Positions 25,139-38,795 of a DNA stretch of 64,000 nt are shown piece by piece; positions within the stretch are counted from its first letter, which is position 1; the number at the start of each line of letters is the position of its first letter. This stretch comes from Chrysomallon squamiferum (lineage: Eukaryota > Animalia > Mollusca), in the NCBI GenBank assembly GCA_012295275.1, contig CM022670.1, forward strand, positions 31,248,001 through 31,312,000. The letters run 5' to 3'. The notes under the pieces are model-generated. The model searched no databases. It had not been told where the DNA came from and saw only the letters and a program-made list of their open reading frames with translations. The translations under genes were made by a program, and so were the position numbers.

Positions 25139-27945
25139 TGTGAAGAATATATATATTTTTTTTTTTTACTGCATATACAGACAGAATTACAAATTAGATA
25201 TCACTTAAAGTTAAATGTTAAATACAGGTAATATGAATTCAAATGTTAATTCAGATAGTTAGAACTGTAGACCTTAACCATGCATGGAGACAAAAATACT
25301 ATAGTTTATGGAATCTTTGCATAGTTTAGCCTCCCTCTCTCCATAATACCTTTGAGAGGTCAGACTTAATGGTATTTTAAAGATGGTGTTTTCTTTGGCA
25401 AAAAATGTATTTCAGGTGTCAGTTTAACAAGTAAAAAAATTTTTTTTAGAGAACCAACAATACACATTAATATATCTTTATGTTCTTTATTGTCAAGATT
25501 AAAATCTTTAGGTATTATTTCCATTTTTATGTGTCTTCATTCAATCAAAACAGTGAATTCCATGAACTGAATGACAACTTGGCAAATTTCCCATGAAAAT
25601 TTGTAGTTAGATTAGTTTTTCCCTTTAACCAAATAAAATTTTCAAAAGAAGGAATTAGTTTGTTGGCAGACTTTTTATGAAATACAGAGCCAAATTGAGT
25701 TTCACTTGATATTAAAAAATTGGATTACAGATATCTGAAAATCCCTTTTCACCTTAAACTGTACCATTATAATAGCATGGTTGTTTTAGTTGCTTTTTCC
25801 CTCCCCTTTCTCTAGTGTAAACCAGTTTATAACATAATGTGTAATTTAAAAAAAAAGATAGATGTAAATGATTTGAAATCATATTAGGAATCATTTATAT
25901 GCAGTAAACCTGAGAAATAATCACACTTATAAATGTATAATGTATAGTGAGACATATTTTTCAGTCTGTAACAATATTACCATTTTAATTGTTACTGTAA
26001 ATGTGAAACCTGTTGTTGATGGTTTTTCTGTTCATTGGTGAGGGCATATCATTGGGTTGGTATTTTAGTCACATTGCCTAACACCTAGCTGTAGCCTATT
26101 GCTCACAAATGCAGACAGTGTTGCTGGGTTTTAATTTTGTTTGAACAGAACACCAGATCACCTGTTTTTAAGTACATGAACCTTTTTGGCAGTTCCTTGA
26201 CAGAGTCAACATGGTCAGGTTAACCCTATTTTCTCGTCAGATTCGAAATTTATGTTGCCCTAATATATCTTATAAATATTAATATTCAGTTTTTGTTAAG
26301 AACAATTAATATATATATTTGTTTTTGAATTATTTTACATATTCCAGATATCCTTTTATTTTTCATTTTTCTTCTTTATATACAAACTGACCTTTTCATT
26401 TAGCTTATATATTAGCCTTATTTATGAGATTTAATGATTTATGAAAATAACTTAGTTACTGAAGTATGTATGTACATACATACATAATTATTCAAAGTCA
26501 AATATACAGAAGAGCATTTGACATACTTGCTTGGATATATTTAGTTCTTTCAATTACTCTAAGCAAATGATTTTATCATCAGAAGGTATTTGATCTTCCA
26601 TGAAATAGGATATACTGTTTACAACACTAAGTTTGTGTTTAGTAAATTGAATTTATTAACCAGAAGAACTATTTGTTGTAAAGAAGTCGTGTTTGATGCC
26701 TGATAATGAAATGTCCTATTACTTTATACATGAGGCATATTTAATTACTTAAAATATTGTATTGATGTCCACAATGGGAAGTGGGATTCATTGATGAAAT
26801 TTTGTATCTATAACAACTATTTCAAGTGTACTGACTGAATATACTAAAGAATGTATTAATCATAAACATGTTCTCGTAGACTTGTATGTAGTTCGTTGTT
26901 TCCAATGTATTTTCCAGATACTTTGATAGAGATCTCAAGTGCTAAGCACTTGTAAATTTAGTATTATTACTGTTCTATTTTTAACTGTAAGTAGGTAATT
27001 TGACAAAATAAATGTATGTAGTCTTTTATCATTAACTAAACACATACTGATATGTATACATGCATGCACACACACAAAATCACAACTAAATAGTGTTAAT
27101 GAAATTTTGAATCCTACTAATGAAGGCATCATCATTATTATGTAGATATGGACATTTTTTGCATATAATCTGCAATAAATGTAAAAGAATGAACCCTTCA
27201 GTTCTTTTATTTATAAGGGTTGTTAAAATTGAACTGTATAGTCTCAAATGTGACTGTTCTGAAGAGATATAAATCTCATCACTTCAGATATCATTCATGC
27301 AAAGATTCAGTTAAATAGAAGAACTAGTACTTGAAACCAAGCTGTTCAATTATTAAAGTAATAAAATTTTGTTGTGAACATTAATCATTTGTGCAAAATA
27401 AACTAACATTTATTTTGTGATTATATTTAAACTTGTACATATATAGGCTGAATGGTGAGGATGTTCGTTTGATGCTTTGGGATACTGCAGGACAGGAAGA
27501 ATTTGATGCAATCACTAAGGCGTATTACAGAGGTAGGTAATAAATTTCTTTTTTTTTTAATCTTCATTATAAATATAATTTTTAGTAAAATTTAAAACTG
27601 TTTGAGTGATACGATTTCTCCCCCAAAAATTATTATTACTGTTGTTTTTTATAGTTTTTTTTAAAATTATTATTATTATTATTATTTGGTCTTCATAAAC
27701 TTAAATATTTAAATGTTATTTGAAATTGTGGACAAAATATTCCCTTTTTATTTATTTATTCAATTATTGTTTTATTCTTTGTTTTTAGTTGTTTGTTTTT
27801 TCTGTTTTCATTTGTGTTTTTTTTTGTTTTTTTGTTTTTTTAAACCTATAATCTCTAAAAAGTAGTTTTATTTCTAGGATTTGAAAGTTAACTTACAAAC
27901 CCAATGATAATAAGAGTTTACCAAAATATAAAATAGTCAAATAAT

Positions 27946-27978
<33 letters not shown>

Positions 27979-30900
27979 CCAACAATGAAACCATTAGTGA
28001 AATAAAACAGCACAAAATATTACTGACTGAGAACCAGGTATTTAATATAAACAGTATTTATTTATCCATTAGGTCAATTTCGTACATGCTTAACATAGAC
28101 TACATCTGTGTAAAATGTTTGTTTGATTCATGATATCCTGAATAGCAGTTCCATTTTACAATTAATTTTATAATATATCAAAATTAAGACTGTTATTTCA
28201 GTTTTAAGACTTCTTTTTTATCTCTTTCTGTAACTGAAAGCCTTAAAAATAAATTAAAAATAATGGCAAACAGCCAAAATTATTATTAAGATAGATTAGT
28301 TGTGTCATGTGTTTCGATTTGTTGTTGAACTACCCATTCCAAGTTAACTGTTTCTAACAGTTAACATGGAATAGATAGTTTATCTCATTATATAAGTGCT
28401 TTTCTTCAGGAAAGCTAAATTTAATGTGTGTATGAATCAGTAATTGGGTTTTTAAATTTACTAAATTCAGATATAGGAAAAATAAAATAGAAACTTTTTA
28501 GCTTCTTGTTAAATGTAGGAAATCAGTATGTGTTGGTAAAGTATTTAGTATTCTGGTGATGAGTTTAAACATTCGTGACCATGAGAGTAATGAAAAACAT
28601 TTACAAATGCAGTGGATTTCCACTCAGTATTTGCTGTTTTCCGTTTGTTGTTAGCTGTCACATTGGGGAGTCTATGGCAATGTTTATGCAGTTTGTGTAA
28701 AGTATAGGTTCAATGGAACATCCCCACTACATGAAAGGGGTAAATTAGCACCAACAGTGTCCAGTTCCATCTAGCAGTAACAAAGTTTTTTAGTAATATA
28801 TTAATTTAAAATACATATATAGTACTTTTTTTCTTTTGCTCCTTTTGTTGTTTTTGTTTTGTTTAATTTGATTTTTGTTTTGTTATTTTGGGGAGGTTTT
28901 AAGTTACACCATAGGTCTGGGCTTTTTATTTTATATTATTATAAAGGTTGAGAATTATCAAATATGTTAAAAAAGGTTTATGATATTCCAAGATAAATAC
29001 CAACCAAAAAAAAGAAAACTTGATTGATGTCTGTGAACTTGTAGTTGTTATTGATTAGGATGGTCATTCTTTACTAATACCCATTTTTGACTTTTCACTG
29101 TTGTCTTAAGGGCAGGGATATTATCTGACATTTATCCTGTCACAGAGTCAAGGGCTGATTAAGTTCTGCTTATGGTACTTCAGGAACTTTAGAGTATTAA
29201 TTCCAGGAATGGATATATTTGGCTCATAAACTCATAAAATTCAAAATCCTCTGTTTCTGAAAGACAATATAAAATTTAAAAAATTTGAAAACAAATAATA
29301 CTGAATTATAACTAAATTTGCCTGGTTTCAAGTGAATCATTTGAATAGTGATAATAAAATCAAAATAAGTTACATATATTTCTCAGAAGGTATCATGTTT
29401 TATTTTAAATGTCTTACAAAATTTCTAAAATATCCTTCCTTAAGTTTTAAATAAATAAAGGAAAACAAAAGGAAAATTCCAAAAGTTAATCATCTGCAGC
29501 AATTTTCTTTGTTGCATTTGGATTGTTTAAATATTTTTGAAATGGTAATTTATTTCAAAGTTTGTGCTAGTCAGTGCTGGTCTGCAGTGTGTGAAAGTAT
29601 TTGATGTGAGTCTTCTGGTTAATGCATGTTCAAGAAAAATGTATATTGAAATGTAAAATAAATACTTTTGCACAAATAATTTCTTTTAGATTAAAGTACA
29701 CCTTAATAATGTTACATGCAGAAACAACTGTTTTTTTGAAACCTGAGGTAACTAGAACATGATTAATATGATTTTTACTTAAGCAGCAAGTTTGTTTATG
29801 TGAATTATATTTGAATGTCTAACATGTTACACATTTAATTTATATTTTTAAGTCAGACTATGTAAAAAGAAAACCTTTTATAACAAATTGCCTATAAAAT
29901 TTAATAACATGAACAATTTCACCATCAATAACAGTTGATCTGTTTAAATAACATTTGCATGATTGTGAAATTTTAGAATTTAAGTACAGTGGTACCTCGA
30001 GTTACGAGCAGTCACACAGTCAATTTTTTGCTTTGAGTTGCAAGCCAAAATCCAAGTTACGAGCGAGCTTCGGATATTTGGTTAGTTGGTGCAATGAACA
30101 TCATAACATCTGCCCAGCATCCCACGTCTAACTCATTTACTTCACATGGTTACCTTGCCATGGATGTATCTCTGTTGTGTTGTGCTAAATTTTTTGTGCA
30201 GTATTTTGCCAAATTTCTTCTTTTTTTTGTAAGAAAGTGAGTGCAAAGGACAGTGCTGAAAAGAAGCACATGATGTCCATTGAATTAAAGCTTGAATTCA
30301 CAGAAAAACATGAGCGTGGTGTGCATGTAGTAGAACTGGCTAGGCAGTACAAACATAGTACTTCCACAATATATACCATGCTGAAGCTGAAGGAGTCGAT
30401 AAAAGCTGTAACTCAAGCCAAAAGGCGTTAAAATAATTTGTCTGATCTCCAAGATAAATACACTTTACAAAACCAATTTATTTCTTTACATTCTCTTTTA
30501 TTTTGTTTTTATACAATTGTTGTCATTTATAAATACATTTATCTTATTCAAAAACACGATACCAAAAAAATGGGGTGTTTTGGGGGGGGCTGGAATGGAT
30601 TAATGGTATTTCTATTAATTTCAGTTTGGAAAATTGATTTGATATACAAGCAAATTGAGATAAGCACTCTGTCTCGGAACGAATTAAACTCGTAAGTCAA
30701 GGTACCACTAGAGCAGTAATTTCAGTTTACACAAATTTGTATACAGTTTATGGTAAAATAGAAAACAAATATTGGCAATCACCTGACTTGATTGTATGAT
30801 TATGTGCTACTTTTAATTCTTCAGCATGTCACTTGAACAGGAAAAAATAAAATGATACTTGATTATGCTTGCTTTTAATTAATATTTATCAACTATTAAA

Positions 30901-33764
30901 GACGATGTTATTCCAAAACATTTATCTGTATAGAATTCATTAATTTATTATAAACCTCTAGTACATGGAAATTGTCCTTTGTTGTTTCAGTTCATAATTT
31001 AACACTCAGATTCATTAAACTATTTTTCTTTTTTCAAAAATTATCAATCATTTCAATGTTTAATTTTTTTTATAGAAGTTACTTCAGGTGAAAATTTCAA
31101 AAATATAATATTATAGTTAACCTGGCAATTTCTTTTATTTTTATTTTTTTCCTTTTACCTCTTTTTTTTTTTAATGGTGTTTTTTAAATTTAATTTAGGA
31201 TATTGTTACAGGAAATGAAATGATGCTTTAAGATTTATATTTATTGAGAAAATTAATAATTATAATTTGTGGTTAAATAAAATTTCTGTTTGTGATTTTT
31301 AAAAAGTAGAAATACTGAACAGTATAATTTAAGGTACCCACATATTTGTGTTTAAACTAAAACAGATGAATTTGGGGGAGGGGAAAGAAGAAGAAGATTA
31401 TTAAGAAAAAGGAGAGGAACAAGTTTTATTTAAAATTGTATTTAATATTTTAATGCATTCTACTGATAATCTATGCCATAATTCATTATCTTTCAGTTTA
31501 TGTTTAGCATGTAAACAGATATATAATTACAGTTTATTATGAAATAAACCATATAAATATTTGTTGTTATTTTGTTTTACAGGTGCACAGGCCTGTGTTC
31601 TGGCTTTTTCCACGGTTGACCGAGATTCATTTGAAGCTATTGAATTATGGAAGCAGAAGGTAAATCAGATTTGACTTTCTGATTATTAATTTGTATATTA
31701 AATAATTATGTCATTAATGTGGATTGCTTAAAGAATTTGTTCATATGATCAGTTTGTTCAAATGTAAAATTTATTAACCTGATTTTAATTTGCATAAATG
31801 TTACATGTGACCTAAATATTCATTTTTTCATTTTGTGGTGCATTTAAATGTAGTTATATAAAATTTCAGATTTATCTCTTTATTAAAGTTGAAGATGAAG
31901 TTGGTGAAATAGCAATGGTGATTGTACAGAATAAAACTGATTTAATAGATCAGGCCATGGTTAAATATTTATATGTCAATAAAGTGGATTGCTTAAAGAA
32001 TTGTTCATATGATCAGTTCATTCAAACGTAAAATTTATTAACCTGATTTTAATTTGCATAAATGTTATATGTGACCAAAAATGGCTAAATGTTAATTTTT
32101 TCATTTTGTGGTGCATTTAAATGTAGTTCTGTAAACATTCAGATTTATCTGTTTATTAAGGTTGAAGATGAAGTTGGCGAAATAGCAATGGTGATCGTGC
32201 AGAACAAAATTGATTTAATAGATGAGGCCATGGTTCAGTCGTAAGTGATCTTGTATTTAAGTGTAGATTAACCTGTCAGAAAGTATGTCTGTCACAGACA
32301 TGCTTTACCACAGCTTGCTCTGATTAGCACATTAATTTTTTTCAAGGTTCAAGGTTCATGTTTGAATTATTATTTTTACACTTAGCTAAACCTTTTTTAT
32401 TGCAGTGTATAATTTATTAATTTAATTTTTAAATATTATTATTATTATTAATAATATTATATAATTTAAAAGGTGCTTATTAATACTTTAACAAAACAAT
32501 TACCAAAACAAGAGAAAAACTAATCTGCTACAAATTTAGTTTACAGACTGAATCTGTTTTATACTAACCTGATTCATATTTGTATCATTTAGTCATGAGG
32601 CTGAAGCTCTTGCCAAAAAGTTGAGTTTGCGTTTCTACCGAACATCAGTCAAAGAAAATCTTAATGTTGACGAAGGTAAGATATTTTTACCTTTCATACT
32701 TGTAATTTGTTTGAAAACTGAAATTGTAAATAAATGTTCAGTTATAGAGAACTATTTTATACTTTGATTTAAATGTTGTTTGTTGATTGACCTGTCAGTA
32801 GTAATTTCTTTATTTTGTGTGAATAGTTCTTTCTCTTCTACTGTAACAAATATATGAGGGAAACGGCAATAGAAAGTCTGGAAATTTAAAAAAAAAAAAT
32901 TAATGAAGTTGTTTTTGTGAGACTTTGTAAAACAATGCTTCTCTTTTTTTATTTAATTGATTGACAAATAATTACTCAGAAACTGTCAAGTGGTGAATAA
33001 TCGATAATAATTAAATTTTAAATAAAATAAAATTGTAGAATGTAAAATTAAATACATGGTTGTTTAGCACTGGGCTAAATATATTTGTTCTGGATAATAT
33101 ATTTTCACATATATTTATTAGTGTTCAGGTACCTTGCTGAGAAATACATAGACCAACTGAACACAGTCATAGAGGAAGAATCTGTACCACAGAAGATAGG
33201 AACAGGCTAGTTCAATTTTCAGTACTCTGTCAGAAATTGCTCAACTCAGAAAATAAATTCTTGAGTTCTTACTGTTAAAATCAAAATTACACCATGTACA
33301 ATATACCTGGGGACAGACTATAAATATAGTCTACAATATTTATAAGAAATGGAAACAATTATATAAATAATTCTAATATCAAGTGATTTGGGATTATGTC
33401 AGTTTGTCAACTCATTTTTTCTACACATTTTCTCTCTCTCTCTTATGCACACAAAATATCACTGACATGGAAAAATTTAGCGCACTTGTAGTAAATTATC
33501 ATATTCCATAGACTATTTTCTAAGCAAACAACCAGCATCCTTATCTAAACTTTTAAAACAAAAGTGTGCATTGTTAAATTATAACATTATATAATGAATT
33601 CATATTTGTATTTTTTATTAATAGGATTATCACAGAATGATTTCAAAAACCATTCCAAAGATAGAAACCACAAAAACAAAGATGAAACCATTAGTTTACA
33701 GCCAAGTAAAAGACGAACACATGGAAAGAAGTCTCTAGTCGCAGGAAAATGTAGTCTTTTATAG
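24033..33764 (+). CDS. RAB23: Ras-related protein Rab-23, 7 coding exons, 234 aa
   Basis: Exons 24033-24187, 27447-27532, 31583-31659, 32161-32240, 32593-32675, 33122-33205 (GC donor) and 33625-33764; total 705 nt. Motifs [88 protein letters not shown] and C-terminal CaaX CSLL. Confidence 0.96.
29987..30710 (+). mobile_element. Tigger-derived non-autonomous element (third copy, RAB23 intron)
   Basis: TA|cagtggtacctcgagttacg...cgtaagtcaaggtaccacta termini; relic [52 protein letters not shown]. Confidence 0.88.
31888..31962 (+). pseudogene. Pseudo-exon: decayed tandem duplicate of RAB23 exon 32161-32240
   Basis: Encodes [25 protein letters not shown] versus the real [25 protein letters not shown]. 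It is part of a ~265-bp tandem duplication (~31698-31960 and ~31961-32232). The acceptor is mutated and the donor is missing. Confidence 0.85.
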
Positions 33765-36700
33765 TATTATTTGCTTCTATAGTAGCATGTTACATTACTG
33801 GTATGGATTTTCTGACTGGTGCTTTGAAAGTAAAAAGAATGAACCAAATGTGTAAATATGTGTTTGACAATTGTTAACATATACATAATTTTATGAGTGT
33901 GAGTGTAACAAAAGAAGACTGTTTCATTGTATTTATTGAAAAGCATAAGAAAAAAGATTGTGGTTGCAGATAATCATGCATTGAAAATCATGTACAAATA
34001 ATATTTATATGCTTTTTTATGTGGTAATTGTGTGAAACATTGTACAAAATTGCTGACTCATTGTTCATAGATAAATCCATATATGCATTTACTCTCCATA
34101 TAATGTGCAGTAATATTGTTGATCAGTTACTTATTTTTTATACTTTAAATTATATAATACTTTTGCCAGTGTTGATTTAGCAGCAATGACACCTACTTCA
34201 GTTCAAAGGATAGACGCCTCTTAATACAGACATTTGTATTGTACAACTATTGACAGAATCCTACTGTGTTTACAAGTAGTGTAGCATTTGAAATAAAATA
34301 ATTAGAATTATTACACATTTATATTTTTATTAAAAGATAGTTAATAGTAAAATTTCAAAGTAATAAAATAAATGAAGTTTTCTTTTTGGCAGCAATCAAA
34401 CTATTTCAAATTATACTAAATACTGTTATCAGTTCCAATGATTAACTATTTTTGTTTTTGTATCTGTAAATTTCATTATTCTTTTCTATTTTTTCTTTTA
34501 GTGTAAAAAGATTTTTGTAAATGTTTACACAATTTGTAATTTAAGATTATATATAAAATTGTTATATATTTTTTCACACCTGTTCAGATCAAATGTTAAA
34601 TTTCTTTTATGTCAAGGTAACGATGCAAGCCATAGCAGCTGTAAAGATTCCCTGACTTATAAATTACTATATTTTTCTTACATTTTTCAGTCTACTGAAA
34701 GTGCATTGAGTTTTCCAAGTACATATCTTAAATTAAAAATGCCTTTTTATTTTTCAAACTGAATTTAACATTTTTTATTTATACTGCTGAATTTTTTTAT
34801 GAAATTATTATCATTTCATATTATGCAAATGCTACCGTCCAATTTTTACAACACAAAATATAGCTATCACTGTTTTATGTGCAATTTTTTTCTTATACAT
34901 TTTTGTTTATTTGTTTATTTTTTCATCTCTTCTATCTCTTTAAGTAAAGCAGGCTAAAACATTAGTTGTTTTATTACTTTCTAAAAATGTATCGATATCA
35001 GTATTTAAAAATGTGTTGTTGACTGGTTCAACTTACTTGTTACCAACATTACTGTAATTTACAATATTCTTAATACATTGTAATAGAGAGGGTGTTGAAA
35101 TTTTTTTCTAGTTATAAAACCTTTCATTTGTTGTCACATAGATATGTTATATAGTTTTCATTATTTTATACTGTTTCAGATACGTTTTTTTCTCCATATT
35201 ACATTACTGCTGGTTCTGGGAACATTTTTATGCATTTCAGTCATACATTTCCACTAATTTGATAGGCATTTATACAAATGTTACATTCTTTTTTTTTTCA
35301 GTCTCTTAAAACGATTTTCCTGTGAATGTTTTTTTTTTTATATATATATATTTTAATGTTTTTGGTGGTTGTTTTGGGTGTTTTTTAATCAATTTTATCA
35401 TATACAATTAACATAATCTTAGACTATTTGTACATGTGTAATATATAAAATATAGTATCATAGATTTGTGTTGAAACTGGTTTATTTATATAATTGATTG
35501 GAGAGGGAAATTGCAATAAACTTTGAAATCAGTTGTTTTAGTTTTTTCCTATTATTTATTTTAAATTTGTTATCAACTGAATGGATAGATCACTGACCAG
35601 AAATTAATTTAACCATAATATGTAATGGTGGAACATTTACCATGATTTAAGTACCACAGTATCCCAGATGTCTACCTCATCCTAAAGCATTCTGCCCCTA
35701 GAAAAGAGAATCATATCATGCCAAGAACTCTTATCCCATTTTACACTGTCCAGTTTTGGGCCAGACCAGGAATGGGTGACTTCTGGGAAACTGGTCATTT
35801 AATAAGACTGGTTGAAACTGGCAGCTTTGGATTTCCACTTCTGATCCTAGAACAAAACCGGGAGATGATCAACAAATAACTATTAATGTGTGTCAACAGA
35901 AAACAAGAATTCAGACACATTTTTGAGACTTTTTTGTAACATCAATGTAATTTTATCTGTAAGATATAACAAACTTAGAACATGAAACTGACATTTGGAA
36001 AAATAAAAAACATTTGATAATTGAAATAAAATATATATATATATGTGTGTGTGCATATCTGAAAACAAACCATAGCATACCAGTTATTCTTTTTTCAAAA
36101 CAAATTATAAAAAAATTTGTATATTAAAGGAGAGTGAACATAAATCAATCCTTTCAAATAGAGTTGCAGCATCTGTAATATCTGGAAAGCTGTTAAATAT
36201 TTTTTAAGTCTATATTTACAATTACACATGAAATTACATTAAACTGAAGTAAATTTACATATAAACACAGTTCCACCAGTAAAAGTTCAGATTCAAGCTG
36301 TGGTCATGTATGAACTAAAAAAACAAAATTTAATTTATTAATATTTTATAAACATTGTAATAGATCTCTATGCAACAACAAATTGATCTTTTATTAATCA
36401 TCACAGAGGTAAGCCAGAGAATATTACTAGAAACAAAACAAATCAAAGTGAAATGTTTTTTTGAACATCAGCATCAGAAAAAGAAATTCAATGACTGCTG
36501 TTTGTAATTTAACCCTTTAGATTTCTCAAAAAAAACATTTCAAAGGTTAAAACAAAGCACAATGAAAAACAATTTGCTTGGCATTTTTTTGCTACCATTT
36601 TAATTTTGCTTTCCAGATCTTAAAAGTATCTGTCACAGTACAGAAAATTATTTAAATACATTCTGTATACTTTCAAGTTATTTTCCTTATCTTTTTTTTA

Positions 36701-37146
36701 ATAAAATAAAACAATAAAAAATGCATCATAATAAAGAATGTCATTTATAAAAAAAACTTCACCGGCATTGGAAATAAATATATATATAAAGAATAGTAAT
36801 AATAATAAAATAAAAAATACTCAAGATTGACAAAATTTTGGGACATTTGTCAATATTCAGTCCATGAGGAATTGTATTTCCATATGTAAACAATTTAAAA
36901 AAAAACAAAAAAAAACCTGTTATTATTTATGAACTTGTTGCATTTTGATAAATAATTATTTGGAAGTACATAAAAAGTATTAAGTGTATTTATACTGCCT
37001 AAGTAAATTTAATAATGTACTAAAATAATATACATATGACTTGAGTTAATTAACAGACTAAAAAATAAACTGGTAAATAATATATGTATGTAAGTTAGTT
37101 AACACAGATAATTGGCTATTATGAACATTTTATTCATTTCAAAGTA

Positions 37147-38795
37147 TCAACCATGTTGTGCATCATCATGTGTCCTCAACCATGATTCAAGCTTCCTGCG
37201 AACATATTTTTGATCATCAACAGCACATTCAAGTAAACAGTTTTGAAATTTGCTATCAACTGGTCCAGTTGTTTCTGGCAGACATGTGTTAAGATAAACA
37301 GCTATTTGCTGTCTAGCATCTTCTGGATTTTCCTGCATCAATTTTTCCATTGCATCCAACCTCAACATCATTTTCTCCAATGCTTCTATTTGATTAGAGT
37401 TCCTGACAGTGTTAACTTTTATTTGAATAGATTCACATCGTTTCGTTATCCTGTCCATATTGGCCAGAAGTTGCTGACGGTCAGCTGTCCAGATTAAAAA
37501 AAAAAAAAAACTGAATTATTTATGTCCTGTAAGTGTAATTAAAATTACCAACAGCAAAGAAAGAAAGGCAGATTTCTTGCCTTAAATTATAGAATCTATT
37601 TAACAATCCAGTTACAAAAAATATTGATGTGGATGACTAGTGGAATTATTTATTTTGAAACTAAGTATGAAAAGTAATATAATTCAAGTTTTTTTGTTTA
37701 GATGAAACTGAAAAAGGTTTGAGAAAATTTTACAAATAATATACATGGACTTAGATCAGTTTTTTTTTATTTTGCACAAGATAATAGAAAAGCATACTGC
37801 ATTTAAATTATAAATTATTAATCTTACAAACTGCATTGGGTGTTTGTTTTTAATATTAATAAACTGTGCTGAGAACTGTTTTTACTTTTTACACAGATAA
37901 TAATTATAATTCTAATATTTTAAAAGAATGCTAATTTAATCAAGAACATATATAACTGTTATTTATTATACATTGTTTAAATTTTTGAATATAATCAATC
38001 CAAAATGGGTGACTGAAATTGCAAATAAAAACGTTTTCTAAGAAACTTGGGTGACTTTACTTAGTAATAGAACACCAGTATACATATTTCTAAACTTACT
38101 AAACAAAATAATATATATATAGTTACTTTTAATTAATAAAGACACAATAATAAATAATAATAATATTATTATTGTCTAATTTGAATTTGATTTAAAATAT
38201 TTTTATTACAATTTACATTCTGAAATTTTATTCAAGAAATAACAAACGTTTGTGTATGAAAAGTTGGCACAAAACAACTCAGTAAAAAATGTATTTATGA
38301 TTGATGATGTTAAATGATGAACTATACATCTTTTAAATGAGAGAAAAAAAATTAATTATATGTTATTCGTTTTCCATCGCATAAGGTAATCTGGTAAAAG
38401 TTAACCCCTTTTTTATTCAAATGGCAAGAGACGATCGTGAAATTTTATCATAACCTGGCGTTGTGATAAGTATATATTGTTAACATTTAAATGATTAACC
38501 ATTATCATAATGACAGACTAGGAATAACACTACAACCAGCGTAGCAGCTTGTACCAATAGTCTTTACAGGAAAAGGGAATTATTATTAATAAAATCTCAA
38601 CTGACCATCTGACATAGAGCACATGAGACATTCGTCCTTTAGTTTTTGAAGGATAACAATAAAGTTTGCCTGTTCTTGCTGTAGGAAATTAGCCTGTGAT
38701 CGAACTATTTCAATATTTTTTTCAACTTCGTCAAGATACATTATTAAACGACTTGTATCTCCCATAGGCAACGGTAAAATTTTTCTTTCCGCCAT
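37147..38795 (-). CDS. BAG2: BAG family molecular chaperone regulator 2, 2 exons, 175 aa
   Basis: Exons 38795-38606 (g|gtcagt) and 37484-37147 (cag|), phase 1, total 528 nt. Motifs RLIMYLDEVEKNIEIVRSQA, VNTVRNSNQIEAL and YLNTCL...GPVDSKFQNCLLECAVDDQKYVRRKLE match the BAG2 brand-new-bag domain. Confidence 0.92.

Noticed and set aside
35590-35880. GC-richer block between RAB23 and BAG2, possibly a SINE or LINE fragment
   Set aside because: No TSD, tail, pol III boxes or peptide motif could be identified by eye.
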